The notes under the pieces were generated by a model, which was not told the DNA's origin, ran no database searches, and saw only the letters and a list, made by a program, of their open reading frames with translations. A DNA stretch of 64,000 nucleotides from Macrostomum hystrix (Eukaryota > Animalia > Platyhelminthes), in assembly GCA_950097015.1 (NCBI GenBank), contig CATNEN010000039.1, forward strand, positions 10,354,001 through 10,418,000, written 5' to 3'. The position numbers and the translations under genes are program-made. Below are positions 25,040 to 37,300 of this stretch, piece after piece; the first letter of the stretch is position 1, and the number at the start of each line of letters is the position of its first letter.

Positions 25040-25699
25040 CTGTAAATAGACAAAAGATTATTGGGTAAGGGGAAGTGGCTGAGCAAGGGACAGCTACAGT
25101 TCATTAAGACCAACTGTCTATGGTAAACATTCTATTTTATGAGGCGCTAAATCGTTTCTCAGTCCCAGTCCCAACTACACCGCAAAATGCTAAAGTTATT
25201 GGAAAGGCTCAATCTCTTCTATATGCCTTTGTTCCGCCGGGCAGAATTTATGAAGAAAAAAACGCACGGCAAAAGAAATGAAACAGCTGTGAAAGTCTGG
25301 ATGGAAGGGATAAAATTGTCTGACACGCGACACCAGCTTCCTCTAGCAACTATTTCCTAACACGCGCCACCCGCTGCTAAGCGATCCCATCTGCCATTCG
25401 CCAGGAGCAGCTGAGGACCGGCTCCCTGCCGAGCGGTGTTCAGCGGGCCGCAGACTCCAGACCGAAGCCTGTCACTGTTCATATCGTTGATGCTCGCTGA
25501 ACCCACGCTGTGCCCAGCGCTACAGAGTACTGAGAACCCACCCCAACCCCTTCCTAGATGCGGTTACCATGCGCTTAGAACTGAACAAAGCAAAACTTGC
25601 TGCTTAAGAATGTGCCTGACTAATAGAGTCACAAATATTAGTGTAGGCAATAGCAAACAATCTAAAAAATATTGCCCCAACACTTTCAGTATCATAGGC

Positions 25700-26470
25700 A
25701 TGAGTCTCATCTCTTCTCTGTCTCATATCACCCCTGTCTCATCTCTGCCCTGTCTCATCTCTCCCCTGTCTCATCTCTCCCCTGTCTCATCTCTGCCCTG
25801 TCTCATCTCTCCCCTGTCTCATCCCACCCCTGTCTCATCTCTGCCCTGTCTCATCCCACCCCTGTCTCATCTCTCCCCTGTCTCATCTCTCCCCTGTCTC
25901 ATCTCTGCCCTGTCTCATCTCTCCCCTGTCTCATCCCACCCCTGTCTCATCTCTGCCCTGTCTCATCTCTGCCCTGTCTCATCCCACCCCTGTCTCATCC
26001 CACCCCTGTCTCATCTCTGCCCTGTCTCATCCCACCCCTGTCTCATCTCTGCCCTGTCTCATCCCACCCCTGTCTCATCCCACCCCTGTCTCATCTCTGC
26101 CCTGTCTCATCTCTGCCCTGTCTCATCCCACCCCTGTCTCATCCCACCCCTGTCTCATCTCTGCCCTGTCTCATCCCACCCCTGTCTCATCTCTGCCCTG
26201 TCTCATCCCACCCCTGTCTCATCCCACCCCTGTCTCATCTCTGCCCTGTCTCATCCCACCCCTGTCTCATCCCACCCCTGTCTCATCTCTGCCCTGTCTC
26301 ATCTCTGCCCTGTCTCATCCCTGCCCTGTCTCATCTCACCCCTGTCTCATCCCACCCCTGTCTCATCCCACCCCTGTCTCATCCCATCCCTGTCTCATCT
26401 CACCCCTGTCTCATCTCTCCCCTGTCTCATCTCTGCCCTGTCTTATCTTATCTTATCTCTCCCTTGTCTC
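25700..26470. repeat. 17-bp minisatellite (ccctgtctcatctctgc / cccctgtctcatcccac)
   Basis: Tandem periodicity; same family as 5075-5420. Confidence 0.95.
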
Positions 26471-28294
26471 ACCTCCAATATCTCCCCCTATGTCTCTCGG
26501 CCCCTGTCATGGCCTCAAGTTGAAGTCATTGCAAGAGCTGCATTCTAGAAAGGCAGAGTCGAATTATTCAGCTGGGAGTGAAGCCCATTGTTTAACAACG
26601 TGACCTCCATGGGAGTTAAGCATCTGTTGTTAGCACCAGTCGAACTTCAGCGCTGGGAATAATGCTATACAATTTTGAATGGCTCTAGAACATGTGGAAA
26701 GATCTGAAAAGCTCTTCAATACTCAACAAGGATAAATAGTGGGCAAATGATGGGCAGAACAAGTCTCGCTTTTTCCAAAGCAAGTTTTATGTCAAGGCAA
26801 AGTCTTCGATTTTTTTTATGTTCGGGGCATGTTGACCCGCCCCTGACCCCCGATTGGCTTCACTAGACGCAAAACAAAGCCAGTTTCCATTTAAATGAGA
26901 CTCAAGAGGAGTAGATTGTGCTGTTTTGCTTTTAAGCGCAGACAATGAGACTGGGTTCCTGAGGATGGAACTGCAGGTGTGTGTCAATCTTCCTGCAGGC
27001 TCATTGGTTTCGATAGCTATGTTTTTGCAAGATAAAAAAGGCTAGCTAATGTTTTTAAGTGACATCCTGCAAGACGATATTTGCTGACGAAGATGCTGAC
27101 GAATGATTCATCAGCTATACTCGTCCTGTCGTGCGCTCCACGCCTACTCAGAAAAATCTACATTCTGAGAGAAACGAATTTGCAACTGTCAAAAAATGCC
27201 AGTCTTCTAGGAAAATAGTCTGGAATCAGGGAGTGCTCAAGCGATCTCGCTGAGCAAACATAAAAGCCGAAATTGCATAAGCCACATCCCAGTTTGTGCT
27301 AACCAATGCGTCAGCCCTATTGGGACTTAACTATAATTAGATTTGTGTCTCATTGTGGGGAGCAGTTGATGAGGAAGGGAAAAAAGTGGCAGCCTAAGGG
27401 GAGTTTTCCGCAATCATGGGATTCAAATCGAAGAGCGGGAAATGGGCGGGAGGAAGTGACGAACTGAGGGAGGTGTCAGATGTCACCCGGGTTCTCTGAG
27501 CTTTGGTTACGTAACAAGTGAGGCCTTGTGTCAATCATTATAGTGACGCCTCATTCAGAGGCGAACTCACCGAATTTGAGCAGGCATTGAATGCGGCCAG
27601 TCCAATCTGCTCCAGAAGCACCATGCTGACAGCTCGCCTCCGGTCTGCGACTGACGGGCCGAGTATTTCAACTGGACAGATGCCTCCACGACAGCTCGAT
27701 TTTGTCGGGGAAGCCGGACGGTGGGCGCTGTTTTATCCCCTTCCCACGGTTCGGGGGGACGAATGGCTGAGAGGCTTTGGATTCGCTGGCCAACCAGAGG
27801 AATCTCCAGTACCCAAGCTACAAGGAGCCTCTAATGCAATGCGAACGTCTCTGCCGTACTACTAGTCAGTAGGAGAGTCAGGATTGATTGCTGCGGCAAG
27901 GAATCCGGTTAATTAGTCAGGCAAACGAACACCCGCTATGCTCCTATTATCCTCTGTGTTAAAGCCGGCAAAGGATAGTCGCAGTTAAATACCTGACCAA
28001 CCATATGGACCAGAAAACAATTTTGCTCCAATTTTACAACCAAACGCGCCGATGACAATGGAAGGGTCAGCACAGAAAACTTTATCATAATTGGCAGTTG
28101 GGTACGCAAAAAAGATTAATAAATTGTAAAGCCTTTCAGACTTGCCTCAGCTAGCCTAACCTATTGTTTCAGCCGGCCCCTAATACTTCTTTCAAGAGTG
28201 TCAACGGACGAAAACAGAAAACAAACAATACAGAATAATCATCGCTTTGTTTTCTGTTCCTGATCTGTTCTCTGCACAGATTTTTGTGGTTACC

Positions 28295-31200
28295 ATGGCG
28301 ACCGGCCTTGCCCGACTCGGCAGCCGGGTGAAAGCTGCTTTAAAGGTGCCTGGCAGCTGTGGCGGTCACCAGAGGATGTACTCTGCGGACGATAGTAGCG
28401 CGGCAGCGGAGAACGCTGCAGAAACTGCTGAATCGAATGATCACATGGCCGAGACTCGAACCAAGGACCGGCAAGAAAAGATGGACGATCAGGATGGCCG
28501 AAACTTAACCGACGAAAATGAGACAGACTCCACCGTGATGCTGTCGCTGATGCACTTCGCCGATTCCACCACCGCTCACGGGTTCTCACGCCTGGTGGCC
28601 ACCACAGGCCGAGCGGGAAACACCATGTGGACATTGTTCCTGATGGCTGCCTACTCGTTCCTCTGCTACCACACCACCACCCTGGTGCTGAAGTTCATGA
28701 GCCACCCGGTGTCCACCAGCCTGATCGCTGAGCTGCCGTTTGAGTTCCCGGACATTTACCTGTGCAGCGCCAACCCGGTGGGCTACAGCCGCATCACCAA
28801 GTCCATCATGAACACGGCCGCCTATGCCTACCTGTACGATGCGAACCTCACAGGCTACAAGGACAGGCTGCAGCGGGATGTGACGAATAACTCGGCGGCG
28901 CAAGTCAGTCTGGACATTCGGGCGGCCTGGCTCGACTGGCAGTCCAAGATCATGTCCTCCAGGGTCAACCTGTCACTCGGTGAGGGAGAAAGGAATGCGC
29001 TATTTCTTGCTTTTGTGACGTTATTAAGTGCCATGAGTTACATAAAATCAACGGACAAAAATACAGTAAACTTGGAAGTGAATATATTCCTCTGATTTTC
29101 ATTGCAGACCTACTGACCAGCTGCCGCATCTCGCTGCAGGGCCAGGAGTTCACAGGTAACTTCACCTCGGCACTGACCTACAGTCAGAACCTGGAGGAGG
29201 TACGGAAGCCTTGCTTGATGTGGTCGGAAGCCCGGACCCTCATGAGGAACATCTCCGTCGCCATATCCGACCTGGTGCCAAATCTGAACCACGCGAGGTG
29301 CCTGCACAACTCAAGCCTCAACATCAGCCTAATCAAGCCTTTACTAGGCAAGTACTTTTACCTTTCATCTAGAGACACTTTATTTTCGGCCCGATGTCTC
29401 ACTTAAGTCTAGTTTTGGCAAAAAGTGTCTTACAGGCAATTTACAAATATTCCAATCACTCAGGTGTGCCGGCAATGCTTGACAACAGCTTCATAATAGG
29501 TAGTGTGCTGCAGGGCCCGTTCTGCTTTCACAGATCGGCAAATAGCAGCAGCGGCCTGGACATTAACTACTGCGGCGTGCCCTTCTGCAGTGAGTGCCTA
29601 AACATTCATTAGTCTAGCAGAACTGCAATAAGAGTGTACGAGCACCTGAATCAATCAATGCATGCCGCACACTCCAACAGGTAAGCAGGACAACAATCTG
29701 GCCAACTGCTCATCGCGCAACTCTGGCGGCACCTCGGTGAGCACGGCCTACATGGGTTCGGTGCGGACCTCCCGCTCCGGCAAGCCCTGCCTGGCCTGGG
29801 AGTCGCTGGTCAACGGCAGTCTGAGCACCCGATTCCGGAACCTGAACCCGACGCTCCAGTTCCGGGTGTTCCTGCCAGACCCCGAGCCAGTCGCCAACGT
29901 CGGCAGCAGCTGTCGCGGCGCCGCAGTAATGTTCAAGGACAACAACAGCAGCGTTCCTGGCTGGCAGCCGATAAGCAGCCTCATCGTTGACAGCGACGTT
30001 GAGCATGAGTCCTGGTGTATAGTTGAGAAGACTAATTATAACAACATCACTCTAGAGGGCTGTCCAGTTCCAGATTGCTGTAAGTTCTGGCCAAGGACCA
30101 CTAGGAATTACATATATAAGTAGTCCAGTTAAGTTAGGTAGTTAGTTGAGTAGTCCTTGGTTCTGGTTCTGACAGAAAATGGTTCTGGCTAGAAGCTAGG
30201 TAAACTTTCTTACACAATGCAACGAGCGTCATCAGTATTATGCCCAACTTTCAGCCACGTCGCTGAAGTGCATCTCCGGCCTGCTGCACCAGAAGTACGG
30301 CGCGCAGGTGCTGTCGAAGCTTGTCGGACCCAGCCTGGACGTCGGCCTGCTCGACTGCAGCTTCGGCAGTCGCAAGTGCACTTCAGCCGACTTCACGGCG
30401 CTGCACCATCCGTACTACGGCGCCTGCCACCGGTTCAACAGCGGTCCGTTCATCCGCGACCTGACGCCGATGCAGCGCGGACTCCGACCACTCAGCATGA
30501 AGCTGTTCGCCGACGATCACGACTACCTGGGCAACCGACGGTCGGACACGTTCACGGCCGTGCGCGCAGTGATGGGCGGGCCCTACAACACCGGAGAGAG
30601 CAGCGAGCCGGCCGGCTTCAACCTGTTCGTGATGCCTCCGGGCGCCTTCCCGGGCACCGCGCACGCCATTCCCATCTACACCGGAGCCCGGTCCACAGTT
30701 CGCATGAGCTACAGCGTCAGCACCGACAGCACGACGAGGGGCGACTGCAATCCGCTGGAGTCCACCATCGACTACAGCATCCACAGCTGGGACCCGACGG
30801 TGCTGCGTTCCAGGAGTGAGCAGAGCTTCAGCTCTCTGGACTCCTACTTCTTGTGAGTTTCGTCAGTTCTGAATGTCAGATAGGCTAGACAATGTCTTTC
30901 GTTACAGCTTTTAGTAAGTACTTGATGGCATATGTTCTTATGTACGAGACGTTTCTAGACGTGTTGCTATAGAGGCTTTTACAGGGCAATGTTAGTTGTC
31001 CTTGTCACCAAGGTCTTTGACAAGAATCGCTGAAATCCTCGACGATGATGATGTCGGACGGCTTTGCAAGTTAGTTCATTGTGAAGGGCCGATAATTTTG
31101 AACAATATGGTGGACTTTCAAGAGAATCGGCCATTCGGTTTGGGAGCTGTCTTGAAGTAGACATACCCCCGGAGACATTTTGACGTTGCTCTGGTCGGTG

Positions 31201-32578
31201 AAATTAGCTTCTAGTATTGGAAAACGTTCGTTGTGACGTCTTTATAATTGTAACCGTGAATATTAGCATCAGAGTTAAGCTCCAATGACATTCCAAATAA
31301 CATGTCTGAGTTACTAATTTACATCCAGCCAGTTCAACAGCAGCTGGTCCTTCGTGAGCAACCAAGAGTCGTGCGCAAACTTGGCAGTCGTCGATGAGTT
31401 CATAAAGCGTTGCAACTGCCTGCCCTACTCGTTGCCCATCCCGACAAAGTACCGCGACATTCAGTACTGCTTCTATCTGAAGAGCTCAAACATGACCGAC
31501 ATTATGGACCTGCAAAAGCGAGAGGACTGCGCAATGGGCCTGTTTGATAGGATCGAAGCCCTGATGGAGATGTTTTGGACTCGCTGTCAGGCCAACTGCA
31601 AGATACCTAGCTATGCGCTGAGATTGGTTTGTTTAACTTTTACTGTTCTAATCAACTCTGCATTTAAAAAAGCGCAAAAATGACAGAAAGAGAGGCAACT
31701 TTTCATTATAATCTCAAGTGGGTTATTAGTAGCAGAGCGGTTATCGCCTCTTGCACCAATGTCCCTGAGCTCGATTCCGCAGCGAGGCCACAATTAGTTG
31801 GGGCGCAGCCGCGGAGAGAAGGCTTGGGGGCTTGCCGTGCAATTTACACCATTGAGGGCCAACCTCCAAAGTACAATGAAAGTGTACACTGCCTGACGAT
31901 GAGAAATTCAGGGCAGATGTACACACCTGTGTGAGCGCACGCCTGCGTACGGTATCTGTGTGCGTGTGTTCTCAGGAGTCAGCGAAATGGTCAAAATTGC
32001 CTCCTCGCTGGCAGCGTGTCTTGTGTCACAAAATGATTTGCCATTGCCCGCAGCCCTCCTGCAATTATTAATTTTTAATTGATTATTACTTGCAGACAAC
32101 GCAGCCCTGGCCGGACACGTCGCACGCAGCCTACAATGCGACGCTGCAGTCGCTGACCTCTCTGATCGGATTCCCCAAGCAGGTGAGCCCCGACCAAGGC
32201 CTGAGCATGCTCTACTATTCTTACCTGCAGGGAGAGCAGCTGATGCAGCCCAGCTCGGTGGAGCGGTTCGGCCAGTCGCTGGCAATGCGGGAGGCGGCCC
32301 GCAGCAACCTGGCGTGGATCCGGGTCGAGGCCGAGTACCCGACCGGGTCGGGCAGCTCGCAGACTGACGGCTATCCGATCGAGAACCTCATGGCCGAGCT
32401 TGGCGGCATCCTGGGTCTCTACTGCGGCGTCTCCGTGCTGACCATCTGCGAGCTGATGGACCTGGCGGGCCGCCTGCTGCTCCGCGCGGCGATGAGGTCC
32501 CTGCGTAGCCGTGGCAGAGTCGGCGGCGTCGACGCTACCTCTAGCGATCTGCAGAAGGTGGCTTCGTCAGCTCTGTAG
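28295..32578 (+). CDS. DEG/ENaC (amiloride-sensitive Na+ channel family) subunit 1 with two extracellular kringle-like domains, ~942 aa. Exons: 28295-28979, 29108-29347, 29464-29589, 29681-30079, 30255-30852, 31329-31626, 32096-32578
   Basis: Pre-TM1 FADSTTAHG motif, TM1, FEFPDIYLCSANP, LLDCSFGSRKC, HPYYGACHRFN, Cys-rich thumb, TM2 LMAELGGILGLYCGVSVLTICE with a GxS filter. Exon lengths sum to 2829 nt in one open frame; intron 2 uses a GC donor. Confidence 0.92.
31719..32075 (+). mobile_element. tRNA-derived SINE (family 1), near full length, in intron 6 of channel gene 1
   Basis: A-box-like tagcagagcgg, B-box-like gagctcgattcc, body shared with 38078-38387, 57322-57890, 62672-62862 and 43020-43110, and an (att)n-like tail. 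Confidence 0.8.
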
Positions 32579-33167
32579 GCCACTTGGCTTTTTTCAACGC
32601 CACTTAAAAGCTTATGTAGCACTCCACCGCTTTGAGAAAATGAAACCTGTCAATTTATTGCTTATCCTGAAGCTTCTCTGAACTTGGTCAATATGTCTCT
32701 TGGCCCACAGCGACCTGACCTGGAGCTGGTTCAGTTTAGGTAGGTCCTTAACAAGTACTTAAGAAAAGCTATGTTTCGTGAAGTTTCTGTTTGCTTACCA
32801 TTAATCCTTGTGTAATTCAGTTTTGACTTTACGCGCGTCACACATCACTATTAGATCGTTAGGACACTTTTAAGACTTTTTAAAGCAAAATCATCTACTG
32901 CGTTTTTCCACCGTGAGTCTTAAGATTTCGTCTCTATGAGCTTACAGCTGAGCAATTTTCTTTCTGAATTTGTCATTCTAATTCCGATCCATTTTTGAGC
33001 GGCGTGTGTACAGACTGTGTACAGTTGCTTTGTCCGTGGACTTCGGGTGGCGAAGCATACGCTAAATTATTTATGTATTAGCTGATGCTGATTCTTATTC
33101 GTCAGCTAAGTGAACTCAAGCAGAAAAACATTAAGTGTGTTGCTAAAGGATATCGACTCTTTCCCAT

Positions 33168-33236
33168 TGTGTGAGAATTCGAACCGACGACCTCTCGCTC
33201 AAAGTCTCAAGCTCTAACCAATGGTCTACAAGCTCC
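33168..33236 (-). pseudogene. Degenerate tRNA-like sequence (tRNA pseudogene or SINE head)
   Basis: Minus strand reads gagcttgtagaccattggttagagc...gaggtcgtcggttcgaattctcac, with A/B-box spacing but poor stems. Confidence 0.45.
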
Positions 33237-34320
33237 TTAACTCATTCAAAGCATCTGGACATGAGTTGGTATGTGAATGTAAGATCCGTTGATCGACATT
33301 TTTATAATGTTTTGTTTACAAAAAATTTTCTAGAAGAAAAGAATTTGAATATTAATAAATAAAACGCCAAATAAGGCATTATTTTACGTTTTTAAGCATC
33401 AGTTAATGTGAAAATTTTATATGCCAATTTTTTTAACGTTAATTGAAGTCGACGCAGTCATATGAAAACATGCTCGTTTATGAGCACAGCAAAAAGGCTA
33501 TTTTTAATTCATTAGTGTGATGATAACATGAGTATGCCCTACTGCTTGTTAACCTAAGTAAACATTTCAATCGCGAATTCTCTGTCCTATAACAATGATT
33601 ATTTGATAATACGCTCGTACCTGCCCCTAGTGGGCCAGATGTGCAGCCGACAGCACAGCCGCAGATATTGCGCGACGCATCTGAAGGCTGCGTACGGCTG
33701 TTCAGTCCATGGACTGGGTGGACGCCACACCCACCCATTTAACAACTGGGTGAACTGAAGCAATGCAGAGTTACGTGTCTTGCTAAAGTATACAATTTGT
33801 CCCAGTGGAGTCAGGAATGGAACCAACGACGCTCTAATTATGAGGCTACAACCAATTTGGTCTACTATGCCGTCCGTCCGGCTGTCTGTACTGTCTGTCC
33901 GAGCTACTAGTAACTAAAGCTATACTTGCAGTTGCCATGAGTTGACAAATCAGATTAGCTCTACAATCAGCTAATTGACTCAACTGACGGGCGTGAGAAT
34001 CCTTTCAAATGAAGTGCTCTGATTGTCTCACAATTTGAAGCCGATCCGAAATCCGCCCGTCACGGAGCACATCGAGAATTAAGAGGCTCGCCCAGCCAAA
34101 CAGAGGGCCCGCTGCCCTTCCACTCTTCAGACAGGGAGTCCCACCAGCCACTAGAATCTAATTCTGGTTGCCATTAGCGACTAATCAAACAATCCAATAG
34201 CAGGGGAACAGACGCCAGCGAGTTTGAGGGTTTAAATCCAAATTTACGCAAATCTTATGCCATTAAAGCTAAGACAGGCACTGGTGCTCCGCACATACTG
34301 CACGCCTTGCTGAGACAGCT

Positions 34321-37300
34321 ATGATGGAAACAAAGCTATCGGACAAAGATGAGGAGAGCAAAGCTACCCAAGACAGTGACGATACTCACAACGACATGTC
34401 CGTGTCCCTGTCGCTGATAAACTTCGCCGATTCCACCACCGCTCACGGGTTCTCGCACCTGGCCGGGTCTGGACGCACTGGCAGCGGCCTGTGGATACTA
34501 TTCCTGATGGCTGCCTACTCGTTCCTCTGCTACCACACCACCACCCTGGTGCTGAAGTTCAAGAGCCACCCGGTGTCCACCAGCCTGATCGCTGAGCTGC
34601 CGTTTGAGTACCCGGACATTTACCTGTGCAGCGCCAACCCGGTGGGCTACAGCCGCATCACCAAGTCCATCAATAACACGGCCGCCTATGCCTACCTGTA
34701 CGATGCGAACCTCACAGGCTACAAGGACAGGCTGCAGCGGGATGTGACGAATAACTCGGCGGCGCAAGTCAGTCTGGACATTCGGGCGGCCTGGCTCGAC
34801 TGGCAGTCCAAGATCATGTCCTCCAGGGTCAACCTGTCACTCGGTGAGGGAGATACTTCGTTCGTATTGTACCATGACCTTTTTGCCCGGCGGGCAGAAA
34901 GTCTTGCCCGTTAATGGCCATAGATGAATTAATGCCCGGTAATTTTCTTGCGGGCAGTTAATAGCCATTAACCGCCACCATAGACACCATAGACACCAAG
35001 TTTATTGCATTATAAGAAATGCAATCTGTTTGCACCATAGACATTCCACCAGGGGTTCAATGTCGTCCATTACAACCCCGCGGTATTTAATGGCGGGATT
35101 CCCAGCGGTTCTGTTTGCACCATAGACATTCCGCCAGGGGTTCAATGTCGTCCATTACAACCCCGCGGTATTTAATGGCGGGATTCCCAGCTGTTCTGTT
35201 TGCACCATAGACATTCCACCGGGGGTTTAATGTCGTCCATTACAACCCCGCGGTATTCAATGGCGGGATTCCCCGCGTTGCTCAATGAAAATACACACTT
35301 AACGTTTGAAATACAAGAATCCAAAGGGAATTCCCCATAGACATACTCGTAGTTTAATGATGTTCATTAAAGCACTTGCTCAGCGTTGTTCAATGGTATA
35401 TTGACTTTCGCGTGCTAACTGAGACTTTTTTCATGCAATCTGAGACTGAATTGCAAAAATGCGTTATAGTCTATGGCCAACCCTCGTTTCTGCTTATCAT
35501 TTTAGCACGCCTAGCAGCAAAGTGAGATTTCTTTCAACCTAAGTGAGATAGAATTCAGCGGTTAAACAAAATTATAAGACTCAGTGGAAATTGAGTAACC
35601 ATATTCGACGGCACGGACTAGGCGCAATCTGTCCTTGTTGCTTGTTAAACGCACCAAAGTTTCTAATGTTTCTCACTTAGCTTGCTAGGTGGGCCTAAAA
35701 TGCCAGGCTCAAGCGAGGGTTGGCCACAGACTAGCAAGGCAGCATTTTTTGCTATTCAGTCTCAGATTGCTTGAAAAAAGTCTCGCTTAGCATGCAAAAA
35801 ACAGTACTGGAATATTTTGTCTATGGTCGTATCGTACTCACAACACGTAATCTAAATTGAAATAATTGCGAGATAATTCAAATCAGTTCGCGCTGACATT
35901 GAATACGAAGTAGAATAGCATATGGTACCTGAGCGATTCGGTTGCTGGAATGTGAGCAGAGGAGAGCACAGAGGAGAGACCAGAGCAGGTCTGGTGGTCG
36001 GTTTGCCAATGTTTGCTCAGCTTGACTGCTGCTGGCAGACCTGAGCGACAGAAACAAATTTTCAAACCAGGCTTTGGGAATGTTCCGGTTTACACGGCAA
36101 AACATTCTCACACAGGTTGGAAATGTGTTGAAAAGAAACTCAAGTTTGATTTATCAGTTTGAATTATACCCACTTTAAATATCGTTGAACTCAGTTGCAT
36201 ACTCAGCCACAAACCATTGCAGATCTACTGAGCAGCTGCCGCATCTCTCTGCAGGGCCAGGAGTTCACAGGTAACTTCACCTCGGCACTGACCTACAGCC
36301 GGGAACTGGAAGCGGTGCGGGAGCCCTGTCTGACGTGGTCGGCAGCCCGCACCCTCCTGAGGAACATCTCCGTGGCCATATCCGACCTGGTGCCAAACCT
36401 GAACGACGCGAGGTGCTTGTACAACTCAAGCATGAACATCAGCCTTATAAAGGCTTACCTGGGTAAATTTAGGGATCGGGGTTGGGGTTCCCGACCTAAC
36501 GTACTGTTAAGTTTACTACAAGTAATCGCTAGACATTGCGTAAGGATGCTCACGCAGTACTCCTAAGTCAGTACTAAAACTTACAATAGTAACGTGTTCA
36601 AATTGGGGCGCTTCTAACAACGGCGTACGGATGCTCTCGTAGGTTGAAATGTAAGTAAGATAGTACAATACGGACCAGGCATTCAGAAAGGAAAGACGCG
36701 AAAGGAGCGCTTACCTGTTGGGACGCAAGGAGTAGACGCAGGTAGCTGCAATGTTCATGTGGGTTTCAATGGTTCATACTCGTACAGTAAGAAATTGAGT
36801 CTTCGCAGTAAGAGACCGACTTTAGCGCCTCAGGGCAGACAGGGAAGCGATGCACAAAAAACAAAGGCCAAGACACCAGGAGCGAAGGGAGGGTAGTAGC
36901 ACGCGCTGGCCGGGTGGACGGGTATAATCACGCAGAACTGATTGGCAGGAGCGGCAAAGCCACGCTGGGCAGGGGGGTAGAGCTGAGAGACAACGCCCGT
37001 GCCCAACCAATCAGGTGGCGGCGCGGGGGAACGCAGAGCGGGGGGGACGGGAGGAAAGGGCGAGCAACCTCAACCGGCCTGAAACGGGCCTGGGGGGCAG
37101 CAATTTTTCAAGCATTTTATGCATTCAACTTTGTCACTAACAAAATCCAGGAGCATACAGCAACGCCAACAGCTTCAACAGCTTCACAATAAGCAATGTG
37201 CTGCAGGGCCCGTTCTGCTTTCACAGATCGGCAAACAGCAGCAGCGGCCTGGACATAAACTACTGCGGCGTGCCCTTCTGCAGTGAGTCTTGAAGGGACT

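Noticed and set aside
30217-30856. Channel fragments as separate short genes or pseudogene pieces, as the ORF track suggests
   Set aside because: All fragments join through splice sites into uninterrupted frames with identical intron phases in both paralogs.
33168-33236. Functional tRNA genes (also ~54090-54155 and ~9870-9930)
   Set aside because: Only A/B-box remnants are present and I could not build convincing cloverleaf stems.
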